Positions 1 to 12,186 of a stretch of 63,617 nucleotides of DNA are shown piece by piece. The stretch spans positions 62,001-125,617 of the forward strand of contig MU006004.1 of the NCBI GenBank assembly GCA_010093745.1, written 5' to 3'. This stretch comes from Piedraia hortae CBS 480.64 (Eukaryota). The notes below the pieces were generated by a model that saw nothing but the letters and a program-made list of their open reading frames with translations, did no database searches and had not been told where the DNA came from. Positions within the stretch are counted from its first letter, which is position 1, and every line of letters begins with the position of its first letter. Both the position numbers and the translations under genes were made by a program.

Positions 1-1566
1 TGACAGACTCCACAACAGTTTTAGTCACACCGTCTTCGTTGCCGGTAGCTTTTTCGTCAAATTTGATGGTAGATTCCTCCACAGCTTCAGTAACAGCGGC
101 ATCAGTACCATTGACTGCCTCGTCGGCGCCGGCTTCGGCATCGTCGTCCTGGGTGACCGGCTTGTCCTTGGCGTCTTCAACCGGCGTGGCGGCGTCGTTG
201 TCAACCTTGCTGGCTTCTCCCCCTTCAGTCTCCATGCGCTTGTTCCAGATTCCGAGCAAGTTGGCAGAGCGCTTCTTGAACTGGAACTCTTCATCGCGCG
301 GGATGGAGGCCAGCTTGACGACGGCCTTGAGAACCTTGTGAATTTTAGTATTGCGAATGATCTCGGGTTCCATGTTCTGGTGATTCTCCAGCTGGGTAAA
401 GTAGTCAGCCATGGTGGGCATCTCGTTCTCCTGAGGCGCCTGGTCACGGGACAGGAATCCCTTTTGCAGGCGATGGCGGATGTAGAGAATGGCCTTATAC
501 CTTGCGGCCTGACGTTCTTCTTCCGTCATGGCGGGCTTCGCATCTTCGGCTGTCTGGTCTGGAGCAGTCACAACTTTCTTAGGTTTGGACGTCGACTTTT
601 TGGCCGATGTGGTGCCCGGCGCCTTGGGGGCGTTGAGCTTGGTGATTTTGGGCGTCTTCTTAGGCTGAGCAGAAGTTAGCAATGCAATTTATAGCATGTC
701 CAAGACAAACCTTTTCCTCGTCACTGTCCTCCTTCTTGCGCTTCTTGGAGGATGACTTGGGCTCGCTCTTGTCAGGGGCTTTGCCCTTTGGCGTCTTCTT
801 GTTAGCCTCAGCCTTGGCAGCCTCCTTGGCCTGCTCCTGCTTTTCTTTCTGCCAAATGGCAAGCACTTCTTTGAAGTAGGCAAGATCGTGCTGTTCTGCG
901 GCAAGCTCCCAAGCAGCCTGAAGAGACTTGCTGGCCTTGCCCTTTGGCTTGTCACGGCATTCTTCTGGATCAAGCGGCGTCAAGTTGGGGTTGCTAACCC
1001 AGGCACTAGGCGGTCAGCGTTGCAGACAATGAGCAGATGGCTACGTACAATTCGTTAGTGTGCAGAAACATGACGGGAAAGGTGCGTTCCTTGGCGTTTT
1101 TGCCGCCTTCCTTGAAATCATCACGGATGGTGCCGTCGGGACGGGCGGCGGTGACGGGACGCGAGGCCAGCAGGCTCTCGGGAAGCATCTCCTCATCACA
1201 GATGATGGCAGGCCATGGCGGGTATCCCTTGAGACGGGCCCAAAAGTAGTCGCCGGGCGAACAGTCAAGATGGAGCTGCAGCGTCGCGGTGGATTTCTTG
1301 CGGTTCAGCTTCTTGTTCTTGTGCTCAGGGACGCCACCGGTGGAGCGACGCTTCTTGAGACCAGCATCGGCCGTCTGTGGCTCCTCGGCGGAGCTCTGTG
1401 TGGTGGCGACCTTGTCGGGTTCGGCAGCGTCAACCGCGGGGACCGAAAGCTCCATGGAATTAGCCGCGACATCGACACTCGTCTTGGGAGGCGAAGACAC
1501 GGACGCATCAGTCATGGTGACGTCGGCAGCGGCCTCCTGAGCTGGGGCTGACGGATCGTCAGACAT
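1..1566 (-). CDS. PWWP-domain chromatin protein; 3' end runs off the window; introns 1006-1048 and 665-710
   Basis: PWWP signature 'GDYFWARLKGYPPWPAIIC'. Both introns are GT-AG with branch sites and restore the frame into a C-terminal 'LYIRHRLQKGFL...TKIHKVLKAVVKL' helical region. Confidence 0.88.
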
Positions 1567-2576
1567 GGTGCTGTGAATGACGCGTAAAGGATGCCCTGTG
1601 GCGTGGCAAGAGGACGCGGTGACGCGTGTTGCAGTGGAGCGTGGTGTGGACAAGCTTGAGCAGTGTGTTATCACCCTGGCGGACTGGCGACCGGAAGCTC
1701 TCACGCTCAATGTTGTGTGGGTGGGAGAAAAGGCGCGACGAAGCAAGCGGGATTTCCCTCTGACGCTCGGACCATCTGCAAGTCACGGGTCTCCACCGTG
1801 GGAATTCGCTTGGTATTCGGTACAGCAATTGTCTTTTTGGCGTCGTCTGCGTGGTAAGCCCTTCCTTAGTAACGTTGTGGCTGCGAGTAGAGGCCTTTTT
1901 TGCGTGGCTCTTGCTGGAGTTGTGGTATCTTGCAGCTGATTTGAGTTTTGCTGTCCGCCAGTCTCAGTTGCTTCTGCTAGTTTTTTCAGCTGGTGATGAC
2001 TGTCGCTGAGATATTGCCAAGCTGCCGTAGAGTGTCTTGCTGAGGCAGATGCGTTTTTTGTTCCTTGTCTGCTGCTTCATTCGCCGTCTGCTGCCCAAAC
2101 TTGCTGCAGCGCCATATGGACGATTTCAAACCTTGCGATTGTCGTCTCTGCAGAATCGTCCAATCGTAGCCATCGTAGCCATGCTGCTGACTCGACGCGA
2201 CTGCAAGGTAGCCATCCATTCATCCGGAGAAAAGAGAGGTGAAAAGCCATGAAAATCTTGGAAAGGACAATAGACACTGAAATCGCTTACCATGCGGTTG
2301 ACACGTTTCCCTCCGTCGTCATCGTCCCCTTATCACGTCTTCATCTGATCATCCAGTGAAGCGTCATTACACATCGAAAAACGGTCCATTGGCGCAAAAG
2401 CTGCGCACCACTAGGACACATATCATCTACCGGACGCGCAACAAACACGCCAGAATGTATCTGGCACGATTGCAGACGGTGGTGAGTGTGACGGCAGACG
2501 CGGGTACAGCCGTCTCGAGGAGCCTCAGGCGCTAAGCTGGAAACGGAACATGTCAACCACTAATTACGGTATGTCA

Positions 2577-3599
2577 TTACACAGCGTTCAGCGCCGTCAA
2601 GGCGTCTCTGAGTTCCTTTACCGCGGTATTCACATCGTCAAACTCGAGCGCGGAGATGGCCCATTTTGCATGTTTCCGAGCCGACAAAACGGCCTCGTCA
2701 TCTGTCCTGTAGCCCACCGATGGCGCCATAATCGGCACCTCTACCGGCGGCGACGCAACAGCCGGCACTGACGGCTGGACAGGCGCATTATGATGCGAAG
2801 AGGCCTCGCCAATGTCCATCGGACTGGTCTGGCCCGTTTCGTAGAATTGGTGTGCAGCGTCCAAGCTGTCGTCTCCGGGGACTGTCGGGAAGTAGTCCCT
2901 TGACCCTTGCTGTATTGTTGGCCCTGGCGGTACTACTGCTGACCCTGGCGGTATTGCTGACCCTGTCTGTAACGAACCTTCTTGTAACGTCTGCGCCTTC
3001 TGTGCTGAACCCTCCTGTAACGCTGGACTCCCCGAACCCTGGCCCCCCTGCAACAGTCGCAACTCCCTATCAATCTCACCCTCCTCTGCCGTTTCTTCAG
3101 GATTCGTATCGTTCGGATCCTGACCCATCTTCACCGCCTTCCCAATCCTCACCGCATGGAATTTCGCAAACTTGCTCTTCATCTGAATCTCCGGGTCAAG
3201 ATCCCCCCAAATGGCCAACGCATCCATAAACGTCGCCGCCGCCTGGAACGTCTCGCCCGTCTGTTTTGTCACCTTATTAACCCTCTGCGCATCGTCCGCT
3301 TTCTTGAACGTATCCATTGCAAAGTTCTCAATGTAGGCTTTAGCCGCGAGGTCGTCTGTCACAACATCGTCAGAGGGGTGACTAGCTTTGAAGGCTTCCA
3401 GCTTGTCCATTAATTGGAGAGCATAGCTCTGACACTCGTCATCGCCGAGGTGGAGTTGTAGGGCGAGGATGCGTTGGAGGATAAAGTATTCCAGCCAGTA
3501 GGAGACATAGGGCCGGTGGCGCTGGAGCTCAGCTGCGCGGAGAGCGAAGCGCAAGAGGTCCGCGCGTTTTGCTTTCGCTGGGAGGGTGGGTGGCATCAT
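2577..3599 (-). CDS. VTA1: ESCRT/Vps4 cofactor Vta1
   Basis: N-terminal MIT-like region ('RFALRAAELQRHRPYVSYW', 'KFAKFHAVRIGKAVKMG') and C-terminal VSL motif 'ARKHAKWAISALEFDDVNTAVKEL'. Start taken at ATG 3599. Confidence 0.93.
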   Translation of the reverse strand: MMPPTLPAKAKRADLLRFALRAAELQRHRPYVSYWLEYFILQRILALQLHLGDDECQSYALQLMDKLEAFKASHPSDDVVTDDLAAKAYIENFAMDTFKKADDAQRVNKVTKQTGETFQAAATFMDALAIWGDLDPEIQMKSKFAKFHAVRIGKAVKMGQDPNDTNPEETAEEGEIDRELRLLQGGQGSGSPALQEGSAQKAQTLQEGSLQTGSAIPPGSAVVPPGPTIQQGSRDYFPTVPGDDSLDAAHQFYETGQTSPMDIGEASSHHNAPVQPSVPAVASPPVEVPIMAPSVGYRTDDEAVLSARKHAKWAISALEFDDVNTAVKELRDALTALNAV

Positions 3600-3909
3600 G
3601 CCAGAAGAGGAATTGTGGAAGAGGCTGACAGCCTGTGGGGACAGGTGGACAGCTGTCCACCACAACGGCGAGGAGAACGAAGAGAATTCAGAGCGAATCA
3701 AAGCAACGAACCGATCAAAGTAAAAGAAGCAGCTCTATATCAATCTGAACGACAATCTCACAGCGAGCGAGTCTCAATTCACCCATCTCGCTCAGCGAAG
3801 GGAGCAGTGAAGCAGCCCAACAACCTATCCACGAACAAAAACCAGCGCAGCAGCACAGAGCGAAGTAACCCATCCACCCAACCTACCAAAAACCCCATCA
3901 CTCCCCCAA

Positions 3910-5394
3910 ATGACCCCCCTAACCACCCTCCTCCTTTCCCTCCTCTCTCTCCTCTCCCTCCCTCCCTCCACCCTTGCCCTCTACCCATCGAACTCCCCAA
4001 TCCTCCAAATCACCCCCCCAACCCTCCCCCTCCTCGTTTCCAGCAACCGCACCACCTTACTGGAATTCTACGCCCCCTGGTGCATCCACTGCCGCAACCT
4101 GGCCCCCACCCTCCTCACCTCCGCGAAGCATCTCTCCGGCCTCGTCAACGTCGCGGCAATAAACTGCGACTCTGAAACCAACAAAGCCCTCTGTGCGGAG
4201 TACAACATCCGGGGATTTCCCACCCTAAAACTCATAAAACCCCGCGAGGGAAAAAGACCCCAGATTGGGGAGTACACGGGTCCGAGGACGGTAAAGGGGA
4301 TTGTAGACTCCATGGTCGAAAATATCCCCGATTATGTTAGGAGTTGGGAGGAGGGTGGAGCAGGGACGAGGGCGGTTGTTTTTTCGAAGAAGAAAGGCGC
4401 CATGACGAAGGCGTTGGCTGTGGATTTTAAGGGGAAAATTGAGGTCATGAGGGTGAAGGAGGGGGATAAAAAGGTTGTGGAGGAGTTTGGAGTCGAAACA
4501 TGGCCTGCATTGGTGGTGGTGAAGGGACAGGAGAGGATTTGGTTTGAGGGGGAGATGGATTTACCTTCTATGAGGGATTTTTTGGCGGGATTTGAGAGGC
4601 CGAATGAGGATGTTTTTATCGGGGAGAGGGTCAAGCAGAAAAGCGGGAAGGGTGGGAAGAAGACTGAGAAATCTGCTGGGAAGAAGTCTGACAAAAGGCC
4701 TACTGAGAAGAAACCCACCGAGCCAGCAAAGCAGCCCCCAAAGGACCACCCACCATCGGAGAGCGAAATAGACCCCATCCCCTCCCTCCAAGAGACCCTC
4801 ACCCTCCAACAGTCCTGCCTCAACACTGCACGCGGGCTCTGCATTTTGGCTCTCCTCCCCACAACCCCCGATCTAGAAACCATAACCGCAATAGCAAGTT
4901 TAAGCACCCTCGCACAGCGACCCTACAGTCCGAAAATCTACCAAATCCCGGAATCGAACCCCCAGTCCGGCATCCTACGGAAAAAGCTTGAGCTGGGGGA
5001 GGGCAGGGTCGTGATTCTCGCGACGAATGGGAAGAGGGGATGGGCTAGTGTTTACCCCGGGGAGACAAAGATGGAAGGGTTGAAGGGGTGGGTGGAGGAT
5101 TTGAGATTGGGAGAGGTAGTGAAACGGCCGCTTCCGGGGGGGATGGTTGTTGATGAGAAGATGGTGCCTAAACAGAACGTGAAGCCGAATTATAGTAAGA
5201 TGGGGAAGGGGGAGAGTGAGATCGACGACAGTGGGATGGATAGGGATAGGGATAGGGATAGGGATAGTGAGATGGAAAAGATGAGAGAGTCGATCAAGGG
5301 ACAGTTACCCGAGGGCGTGGAGTTCGAGTTGGAGGAGATTGGGGAAGGGGAATATGAGCGTTTGGCTGGGGGGAATGGTCACGATGAGTTGTAG
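3910..5394 (+). CDS. MPD1: ER protein disulfide isomerase, Mpd1/PrpA-like
   Basis: Hydrophobic signal peptide, thioredoxin motif 'EFYAPWCIHC', 'YNIRGFPTLK' and a C-terminal HDEL retention signal. Confidence 0.85.
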   Translation: MTPLTTLLLSLLSLLSLPPSTLALYPSNSPILQITPPTLPLLVSSNRTTLLEFYAPWCIHCRNLAPTLLTSAKHLSGLVNVAAINCDSETNKALCAEYNIRGFPTLKLIKPREGKRPQIGEYTGPRTVKGIVDSMVENIPDYVRSWEEGGAGTRAVVFSKKKGAMTKALAVDFKGKIEVMRVKEGDKKVVEEFGVETWPALVVVKGQERIWFEGEMDLPSMRDFLAGFERPNEDVFIGERVKQKSGKGGKKTEKSAGKKSDKRPTEKKPTEPAKQPPKDHPPSESEIDPIPSLQETLTLQQSCLNTARGLCILALLPTTPDLETITAIASLSTLAQRPYSPKIYQIPESNPQSGILRKKLELGEGRVVILATNGKRGWASVYPGETKMEGLKGWVEDLRLGEVVKRPLPGGMVVDEKMVPKQNVKPNYSKMGKGESEIDDSGMDRDRDRDRDSEMEKMRESIKGQLPEGVEFELEEIGEGEYERLAGGNGHDEL

Positions 5395-5630
5395 GTAGGT
5401 ACTGTAATTTGGGGGAAAGGTGTTTCTTGTTTTGTGGGAGGGTGATTTGAGTCGTTTCACGGCTGCATTGTGGATGTAGGTGCATGTACGCCCACGTTCC
5501 GGCGACCAGGCTCTGCAAAAGAAAAGTATCATGTGCGACAACAGGCTACCATGTCCAACAAAAAGAAACCCCGGTTCGGGCATGAAAGACGGCACCAGAC
5601 TCGGGACTCGGCACAGGTGCAATGCAATGC

Positions 5631-5663
5631 TATGACTATGACTATGACTACGACTACGACTAC
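5631..5663 (+). repeat. Hexamer repeat (a[t/c]gact)n abutting the ZRC1 stop codon
   Basis: Directly visible. Confidence 0.85.
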
Positions 5664-7174
5664 GGCTCTCCCGCAGGCGCACAACACGTCTGCCCAGCCT
5701 TACTGCAATTATCGCTACAATCCAACAGACATACGCCCTCGCAAACGCTCGGCGTCTTGCTGCTCGGTGCAGTCTCTGTATCACCCGGCCCATCGACCTG
5801 CAGCTGCTGCTGCGAATGATTATGCTGCGGGTCGAGACAAAATTCCGGCTGGATCGTCGACGAATGGATCCCGTATTCGTGAAGACATTTGCGAATCTCA
5901 TGGGCAAGCTGCATGTACCTTGCTGACCCGGCGCCTTTGAAGTCAAAGGAGATTTGAACGTGTAAACTGGCGACGAGTTTAGAATCGCTGAGCTGCCAGA
6001 CGTGTAGGTGGTGACAGCTGATTATGCCGGGTAGGGATGCAATGTCGTCTTTGATGTCGTCCACGCTGAGGCCGGCTGGCATTGCCTGGAGGAGGATGCG
6101 TGCTGCAGCGCGGCAGAGGGGGATAGCTGATGTGAGGATGATGATGGTAATGACGAGGGAGACGGCTGGATCAAAGTAGAACCGCCATTTACCGTGACAG
6201 AGCCAGATGATGAGAGCTGTGGCGATAACTCCTAGGTTGCCCAGTGCATCGCCCATGACGTGAAGAAAGATGCCGCGCATGTTGAGGTCTCCATGCGAAT
6301 GGCCGTGGCCCTTTGCTGCCGGCCTCGGGTGGGTGTGTTGATGGCTGCTATGGTCTACTGGCTGGAGAGTTCCATACGAAGCCTTCTTCCCAACCTTATT
6401 CAAGAGAGGATCGTCGGTTCTCGTGCCTTGGTTGGCGTCCTGTCCCTCGCCCGTCGCTTCAACCGCCTCGCTATCATCAAAGCTAGCCCTACTGGCTTCG
6501 ATGATAGACTGGCGGAAAGCATTGGGGTTTACGTAGATTTCGTCAAGGGCAGACGTACGTCGGGTCTTTCTGCGAGCAGACGTGGGCCGTTCTTCCTCGA
6601 CTGCTGGCTTCGACAAACCAGCAACTCTTGTTTGTGGCAGCACGTCCGCCACATTGCCAGACTCATCAGCAACAGCCGCATCTGGTCCGTGCGAATGATG
6701 TCCCTCTTCGGCATTCTTGACCGCATCGTGTGAGTGACTGTGTCCATGATCGTGTCCATGACCATGACTGTGATCATGGAATAAGAACAACCCCAGGATG
6801 TTAAAAGTAAGCCCAATGCATCCAACGATAAGCACAAGCTTCGGATTGGACACTTCCTGCGGCTCAAAAAATCTCTGCATGGCATCTAAAAAGATTGTCA
6901 CGCACAATGCAACCAGAAATACGCCGTTGACCAGCGCTCCCAGCGTCTCCGCCCGTTGCCAGCCGTAGGTAAAAGTCTTGGAGTTTTTCGTCGATCCCGC
7001 GATCCGCACAGCCCATAGACCAACCGCTAGCGAGAGAACATCGTTGAGCATATGAAAAGCATCGGCAACGAGGGCCAGGGAATGGACCATGTACCCAACG
7101 ATGATTTCGACTAGGAAGAATATTAGATTGATAACCAGCAGCAGCAGTATTCGCTGCGACTTGGAGAATGCCAT
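5660..7174 (-). CDS. ZRC1: Cation diffusion facilitator zinc transporter (Zrc1/Cot1 family)
   Basis: 'SLALVADAFHMLND', 'TYGWQRAETLGAL', His-rich loops, 'NMRGIFLHVMGDALGN' and 'GIHSSTIQPEF'. Confidence 0.95.
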   Translation of the reverse strand: MAFSKSQRILLLLVINLIFFLVEIIVGYMVHSLALVADAFHMLNDVLSLAVGLWAVRIAGSTKNSKTFTYGWQRAETLGALVNGVFLVALCVTIFLDAMQRFFEPQEVSNPKLVLIVGCIGLTFNILGLFLFHDHSHGHGHDHGHSHSHDAVKNAEEGHHSHGPDAAVADESGNVADVLPQTRVAGLSKPAVEEERPTSARRKTRRTSALDEIYVNPNAFRQSIIEASRASFDDSEAVEATGEGQDANQGTRTDDPLLNKVGKKASYGTLQPVDHSSHQHTHPRPAAKGHGHSHGDLNMRGIFLHVMGDALGNLGVIATALIIWLCHGKWRFYFDPAVSLVITIIILTSAIPLCRAAARILLQAMPAGLSVDDIKDDIASLPGIISCHHLHVWQLSDSKLVASLHVQISFDFKGAGSARYMQLAHEIRKCLHEYGIHSSTIQPEFCLDPQHNHSQQQLQVDGPGDTETAPSSKTPSVCEGVCLLDCSDNCSKAGQTCCAPAGEP

Positions 7175-7738
7175 GCTGAAAGCGCTGAAGGAGGATTGGA
7201 AAGGTGCCCGGTCTACTGTCGCAGATCGAAGGTGCCGCTGTCACACGCTATTTGCGGTTTAGCGCGGGGAAGTAGGTTCCACAAAGGCCCAAAACAGTTA
7301 AGCGGCAGTTGTGAGACGCGGGAGTTGCAGGTCGTTACATCAAGAAGCAGCAATGAAAATATGGAAAGAGGTCACTGCAACCTTTGGTCTGCAGCTGAGA
7401 AACATGGAATTTGGCATAGCTAAAAGGGAATGATGGTCAAGGACTTTGTGCCTTTTATTTAGATTGATGGCAAGTGGATCGACTTGGTCTTCAGCTTCCA
7501 TGTCATCTGGCCTACCGCCTTTGAACTGTTGTCTCAAAAGCCCACGTAAAAAAGCAGTGCTCCTAGACGGAATTCACGTCGTACACTTGTTCAAAGATGT
7601 CATCAAACTAGGCTGTATTCAGTCTTCCCACCCCAGTCAGCGTATGACCTCAACGAAACAGTCGACCAAACGTCTCAGACATCGTTCTGTCCAGACCCAT
7701 CAGCTGTCGATCACCGCGCCAATTAGAATCATCAGACA

Positions 7739-8301
7739 ATGACAATGCCATCATCTCGCTTAGATCACAATATCCTCGACGATCAAACCGAAGCCATAGC
7801 ACTGGAACCCCCGCAGAAATCGGAGACCGTCCAGGCCACGGTTTATGCACGAAGATGGAAGAGTCTGTCGGTACCCCATTCCGACTGCCGAGATCATCTG
7901 GGTAAGTTGGGGGCATGGTTCAACCCGCAATTGACAGTCGCAGCAAACGAGAGAACCTACCTGGACTACCTCCGGACATCTCTCGCAGTCTCCATGCTGG
8001 GCGTCGTGTTGACGCAGCTAGCAGCCCTTCACAACCCGGGGTTCCGGTTCTCGGTAACGAACAAGGTCATGGCATGCGTCTTTCAAGCCGTGGCTGCCGG
8101 GATAACGGTTCTAGGAGGCGTTCGTTTTTTCAGCCAGCAAAACGCCATGACCAGGGGTAAGTCGCGAACTGGCGGTTGGGAAATGCTCTCCGCGTGCGGC
8201 CTCGTCTTGATGGTGATCTCCCCCAGCTTTACCCCAGAAAATCATCTAATCAAAGGCAGGCCCTGCTTAGCGTCTTAATAGGGACTTTGCACGAGTCGTA
8301 A
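7739..8301 (+). CDS. DUF202 (YidH-like) membrane protein; probable intron 8213-8259, exon structure near 7900 uncertain
   Basis: 'RDHL...ANERTYLDYLRTSLAVSMLGV' DUF202 motif followed by hydrophobic helices. Confidence 0.75.
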
Positions 8302-8357
8302 AGGATCGGGCAGCATTAGACGAGTTTCACGCAGCAGGTAGCCGTGTTAAGAGGTGA

Positions 8358-8416
8358 AGAGTCAAGGAGTCAAAGAGCCAAAGAGCCAAAGAGTCAAAAG
8401 AGTCAAAGAGTCAAAG
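8358..8416 (+). repeat. Imperfect ~9 bp tandem repeat (agag[t/c]caaa)n
   Basis: Directly visible, intergenic. Confidence 0.85.
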
Positions 8417-9179
8417 GCCCGTTCATGGCTAAAACCTGTTCTGGCGGTCGAATCCAAACCGTTGCAGGATCCAAGGCAGAAAATTGGCCGAGGAAGCCTT
8501 CTTTCACGTCACACAGCGTTATGCATAGAAGACTGCGTGGGGGCCGGGGGTTGGGCAAGGCTGATGTGCTACATGCATTGCGTGTTTCCGATTGCAGCAT
8601 ATGGCCCTCCCTGAGGGCTTAACGGGACACCAATGAGCTATGCGCGCTACGCCACAGCTTGGTCAGGACTCGTCTGCTGGTGCACCGTTGTCAGCACCAC
8701 TTGTGTGCACTGATGACCCTGCTAAAAAGCACAAAAAATAACCCGCACTCGTGCAACTGGTTGCAAGGTTATTGAGCCCGGGGGCCAATCTATCTGAAGC
8801 CGAGAGCGTGGCCGTTGGATGAGAACCCGTTTGCCACGCAGGACGGGGTTCCTTCCCGTCTGCCGTGCTGCCCCCGGTTATCCCGCAGCATCCATCTGGA
8901 TCTCGTGCCCGTTGCCTCGATTCCAACCCTATTCCACACGGTCCCCCCCGTCCCGTCCAAACTTCCCCACATGCCCCTGCCTCTTCGCATTGTCGTTATC
9001 TTTTTTGGGTTGCCCTTCCTCGGGCCTCGACGCTACGGGTAATCATCCTCTTTCTTTTGCCTCGATCATGGCTGAGTAGTCTACCCGCTCCAAGCTGAAA
9101 GACTCCAGCTGCCGGACCAGCACGGAGGCTTTTTGGACTCTGCCCCTGAAGGAAAAAAAAAAAAAAGGATTACGAAATC

Positions 9180-10866
9180 ATGGCATCCTCATTGACCGGC
9201 CACTGTGTCCCTCCGTTTTTAGACGAGTCGCTGTTCCCGTCCGAGGGCGGATGTATGTTTCCCTCTGCATGTGTCTGTCCCTTGCTGACGCCCTGCAGTC
9301 GTTCATGGACGCTTCTGTGCTCCCTTTGGTGCTGGAAGGAATGAGACTTCATGTTGTCTGCCCTGTCCTACCACCGACTGGACATATGGCAACAGTCTGA
9401 AGACGTATAACACGACAGCCGGGTGGCTGAACGTGGTCGGGCTCATATTTCTGGTATTCCTGCTCATATCATATGCCGTGCTCCCGACGCAGCAGACTCG
9501 CAGCCATTACCTGTCGATATGCCTCGTTGTATCGGTAGCGATGCTGGAGCTGGGCTTTGCCATCCCCCTGTTCGCCAATCCCCGCGTGTGCTACAATGAC
9601 ATTACGCCAAATGACATGTACTCTTCTACCGAGTGCGCGTGGGGAGGCGCATTCGTAGTTGCTGGGGGGCTTTCCACGGCGCTGTGGATCCTCATCAGGG
9701 CGTTTTCGATGAATTTGCAAATTTGCTGGGACATTGTGCCCGGCCAAAAGTTCTTTTATGCGTCCCAGGCCATTGGGTGGGGCGTTGCAGCTGCCCTTTT
9801 TACAGCCACCATGACTGCAACGGGCGTCAGCTTTCGGTTTGGTGCATCCTGCCACGTTAACCACGCAAACTCGCTGGCAGACTTCTGGGGACCGCTGCTG
9901 GCCTTTGAGGGAGCGGCTGGTATATTGCAGTTGGCGACGTTCATATACTGCATCCACGTCTATCTCAAGAACCTATTCCTGGATCGTTCCCACGAACAGT
10001 CGAATCAGTCTAGCGGCGGCTTCGGAAACAGCGCGCGAACAGCCGGAGCGAGGGCGGTGTATCAGCGGTTAAAGAAGGTGCTGTGGCTGCAATGGAGAGG
10101 CATTGCCATTGTTACCATCTGTCTGGTCGATGTCATCTTCTTTGCCATTGTCTTCGTCTACCTAGACGGAATGCAAGCCAGTGTGCACAACAACTTCAGC
10201 ACCATCGAGCCGTGGCTGCTGTGTTTGGTGCACAACCCAACCGAACGTTCCAAGTGTCTGGATCTCGCCAATGAATGGGTTCTGGACGAGGAAGTCGTCA
10301 GTGCAGTGCTGATCCTGCTTTCAATCACGGGGTTGCAGGTCTTCTTCTTCCTCAGCCGACCGGCCCTCCTCCCGGCCTGGTTCCAGTTCCTTTTCTCGTC
10401 ATCCCGCTCTGGCAATGACGAGTTTGTCAGTCTGGATGCGCGGCCGGATGTCATGAACAACATGGGCGGCCCAACGCCGCCCAAATACGCCCACGTGCGC
10501 GGTCATCAAAGCACGACGTTTGAAATGCAGCAGCCCGCCCGAGCGTACATGAAGTCGCCACCGCTTCCGCCGCTGGACGCCAAGTCACCGCCCGCCACGA
10601 TCAGTCCTACGCATGTTGGCAGTCCAGGGCGGTATGATCCGGGCACGCCGCGGCGAGCGCAGACGGTGACAACGCAGCCGGTGCAGCCTGCACAGCAGCA
10701 TCAGGCGACGCAGCGGCAACGCGGAACTTGGACGCGACAGGGCTCTCACGACTCGGAGGCGAGACCAGACGGACGTCACACTTACCACGGACGGCCGCTG
10801 TATCCGCCAAACGAGGCGGCAGAGAGTCAGGAGTCGCTGCCGGGCCACACCTTTCTGAGATCATGA
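9180..10866 (+). CDS. 7-TM G-protein-coupled receptor-like protein (fungal GprM/MG00532-like class); intron 9253-9298
   Basis: Splicing gives 'MASSLTGHCVPPFL...GRFC...CCLPCP..DWTY', followed by about seven hydrophobic segments and a Pro-rich cytoplasmic tail. Confidence 0.75.
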
Positions 10867-11010
10867 GTCAACACGTGTAGATATTTACGATATATGTCTG
10901 TATGTAGTGTAATAGCATGTCCAACATTCTCCTTGCTGTCTTTGGAACGTTCCGCTGTTCCGCCGCTACACCTTTCATGTTCCGCCCCGCCGTTGCGCCC
11001 ACACCCCGCC

Positions 11011-12155
11011 ATGCCGCAGCTGAACCGATCAACGCGCCCGCTTCTGTCGACAGTCCAAGGCCGCCCTCACGCGAGTAGCGCGGACCACGAACCAACAGCG
11101 TCCGGCTGGCGATGGGCCAAGGGCAGCCGGCTGGCCGACGTCGACGTCCTTGCCGAGCCCTTTTCCAGCGACGACGAGAAAGAATCAAAGCGACTCTGCG
11201 TCAAGAGCTCCGCCACCACCAGCGTCCCCAGTACCGCCGCCAGCACCGCCACGCCCGCCTCCAGCGACGACACCGTCCTCAGCTCGCAGAGTTCGTCCTC
11301 CCTACCGTTTGAAAACTTCCACGCTCCCCGCAAGCCCAAAATCGGCTACGGCATCAAACAACGCCAGAAACAAGCCGCGGCCGCCAAAAAAGCCGAACGC
11401 AAGCAGAAAAAAGCGGCGCAAGAAGCGCAAGACTCACCCGTCTTCGCCCGCCCCAAAGCCCTCGTTGGCTTGAACGAATTCCTCGAACCCCGTGGCCAAG
11501 AAACCTCTAAACCAAGCTTCCAGCTTCCAAAACACGACACCCCCGACCTCCAACAGCCGAGTTTCCAACTCCCCAAACATGCCCCCGACCCCGAGTCCCC
11601 ACGGCCAACCTTCCAACTCCCCAGCCTGCCCTCCGACCTAATCACCCCACCCAACCCCAATGACGAAATAACCTCCAGCAACATCATACCCCTCGACTCA
11701 CCCCCCAAAAAGCAACCCAATGCCGAACCCTGTCCCATCTGCGGCGTGGTTGTCCCGTCCTCGATCCGCGAGCAATTCAACTTGCAAACCTCCCTCCCCC
11801 TCGCTCAAAACACGCACACCTACCGTCGTCAACAACGCTTCTGTCGCTTCCACAAGCAGCACACGGCGCGGGAACTCTGGGCGGAGCGGAGCTATCCTAC
11901 AATAGACTTTACAGGTTTGAGTACGAGGTTGGCGAAACAGAGACATAACATCCACCTTCGGCGGGTGTTAAGCGCGACGAAGCAATCTGTTTTTAGAGAG
12001 ATGCTGGAGGAGGTCTCCGGGGGGAGTAATAGATCGCTTGTTCATGCGATGAAGGATGGAGGGCATGGGAGGGGTGTAATTTCGCCGGGGGCAGGGTATT
12101 ATGGCCCAAAGGGGCAGAGGATAATGTGAGTTGTAGTTCTTCTTTTTTTTTTTTT

Positions 12156-12186
<31 letters not shown>

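Noticed and set aside
8700..8740. CTGATGA resembling a hammerhead core or snoRNA box
   Set aside because: No matching GAAA core with flanking stems, and no paired C/D box architecture.
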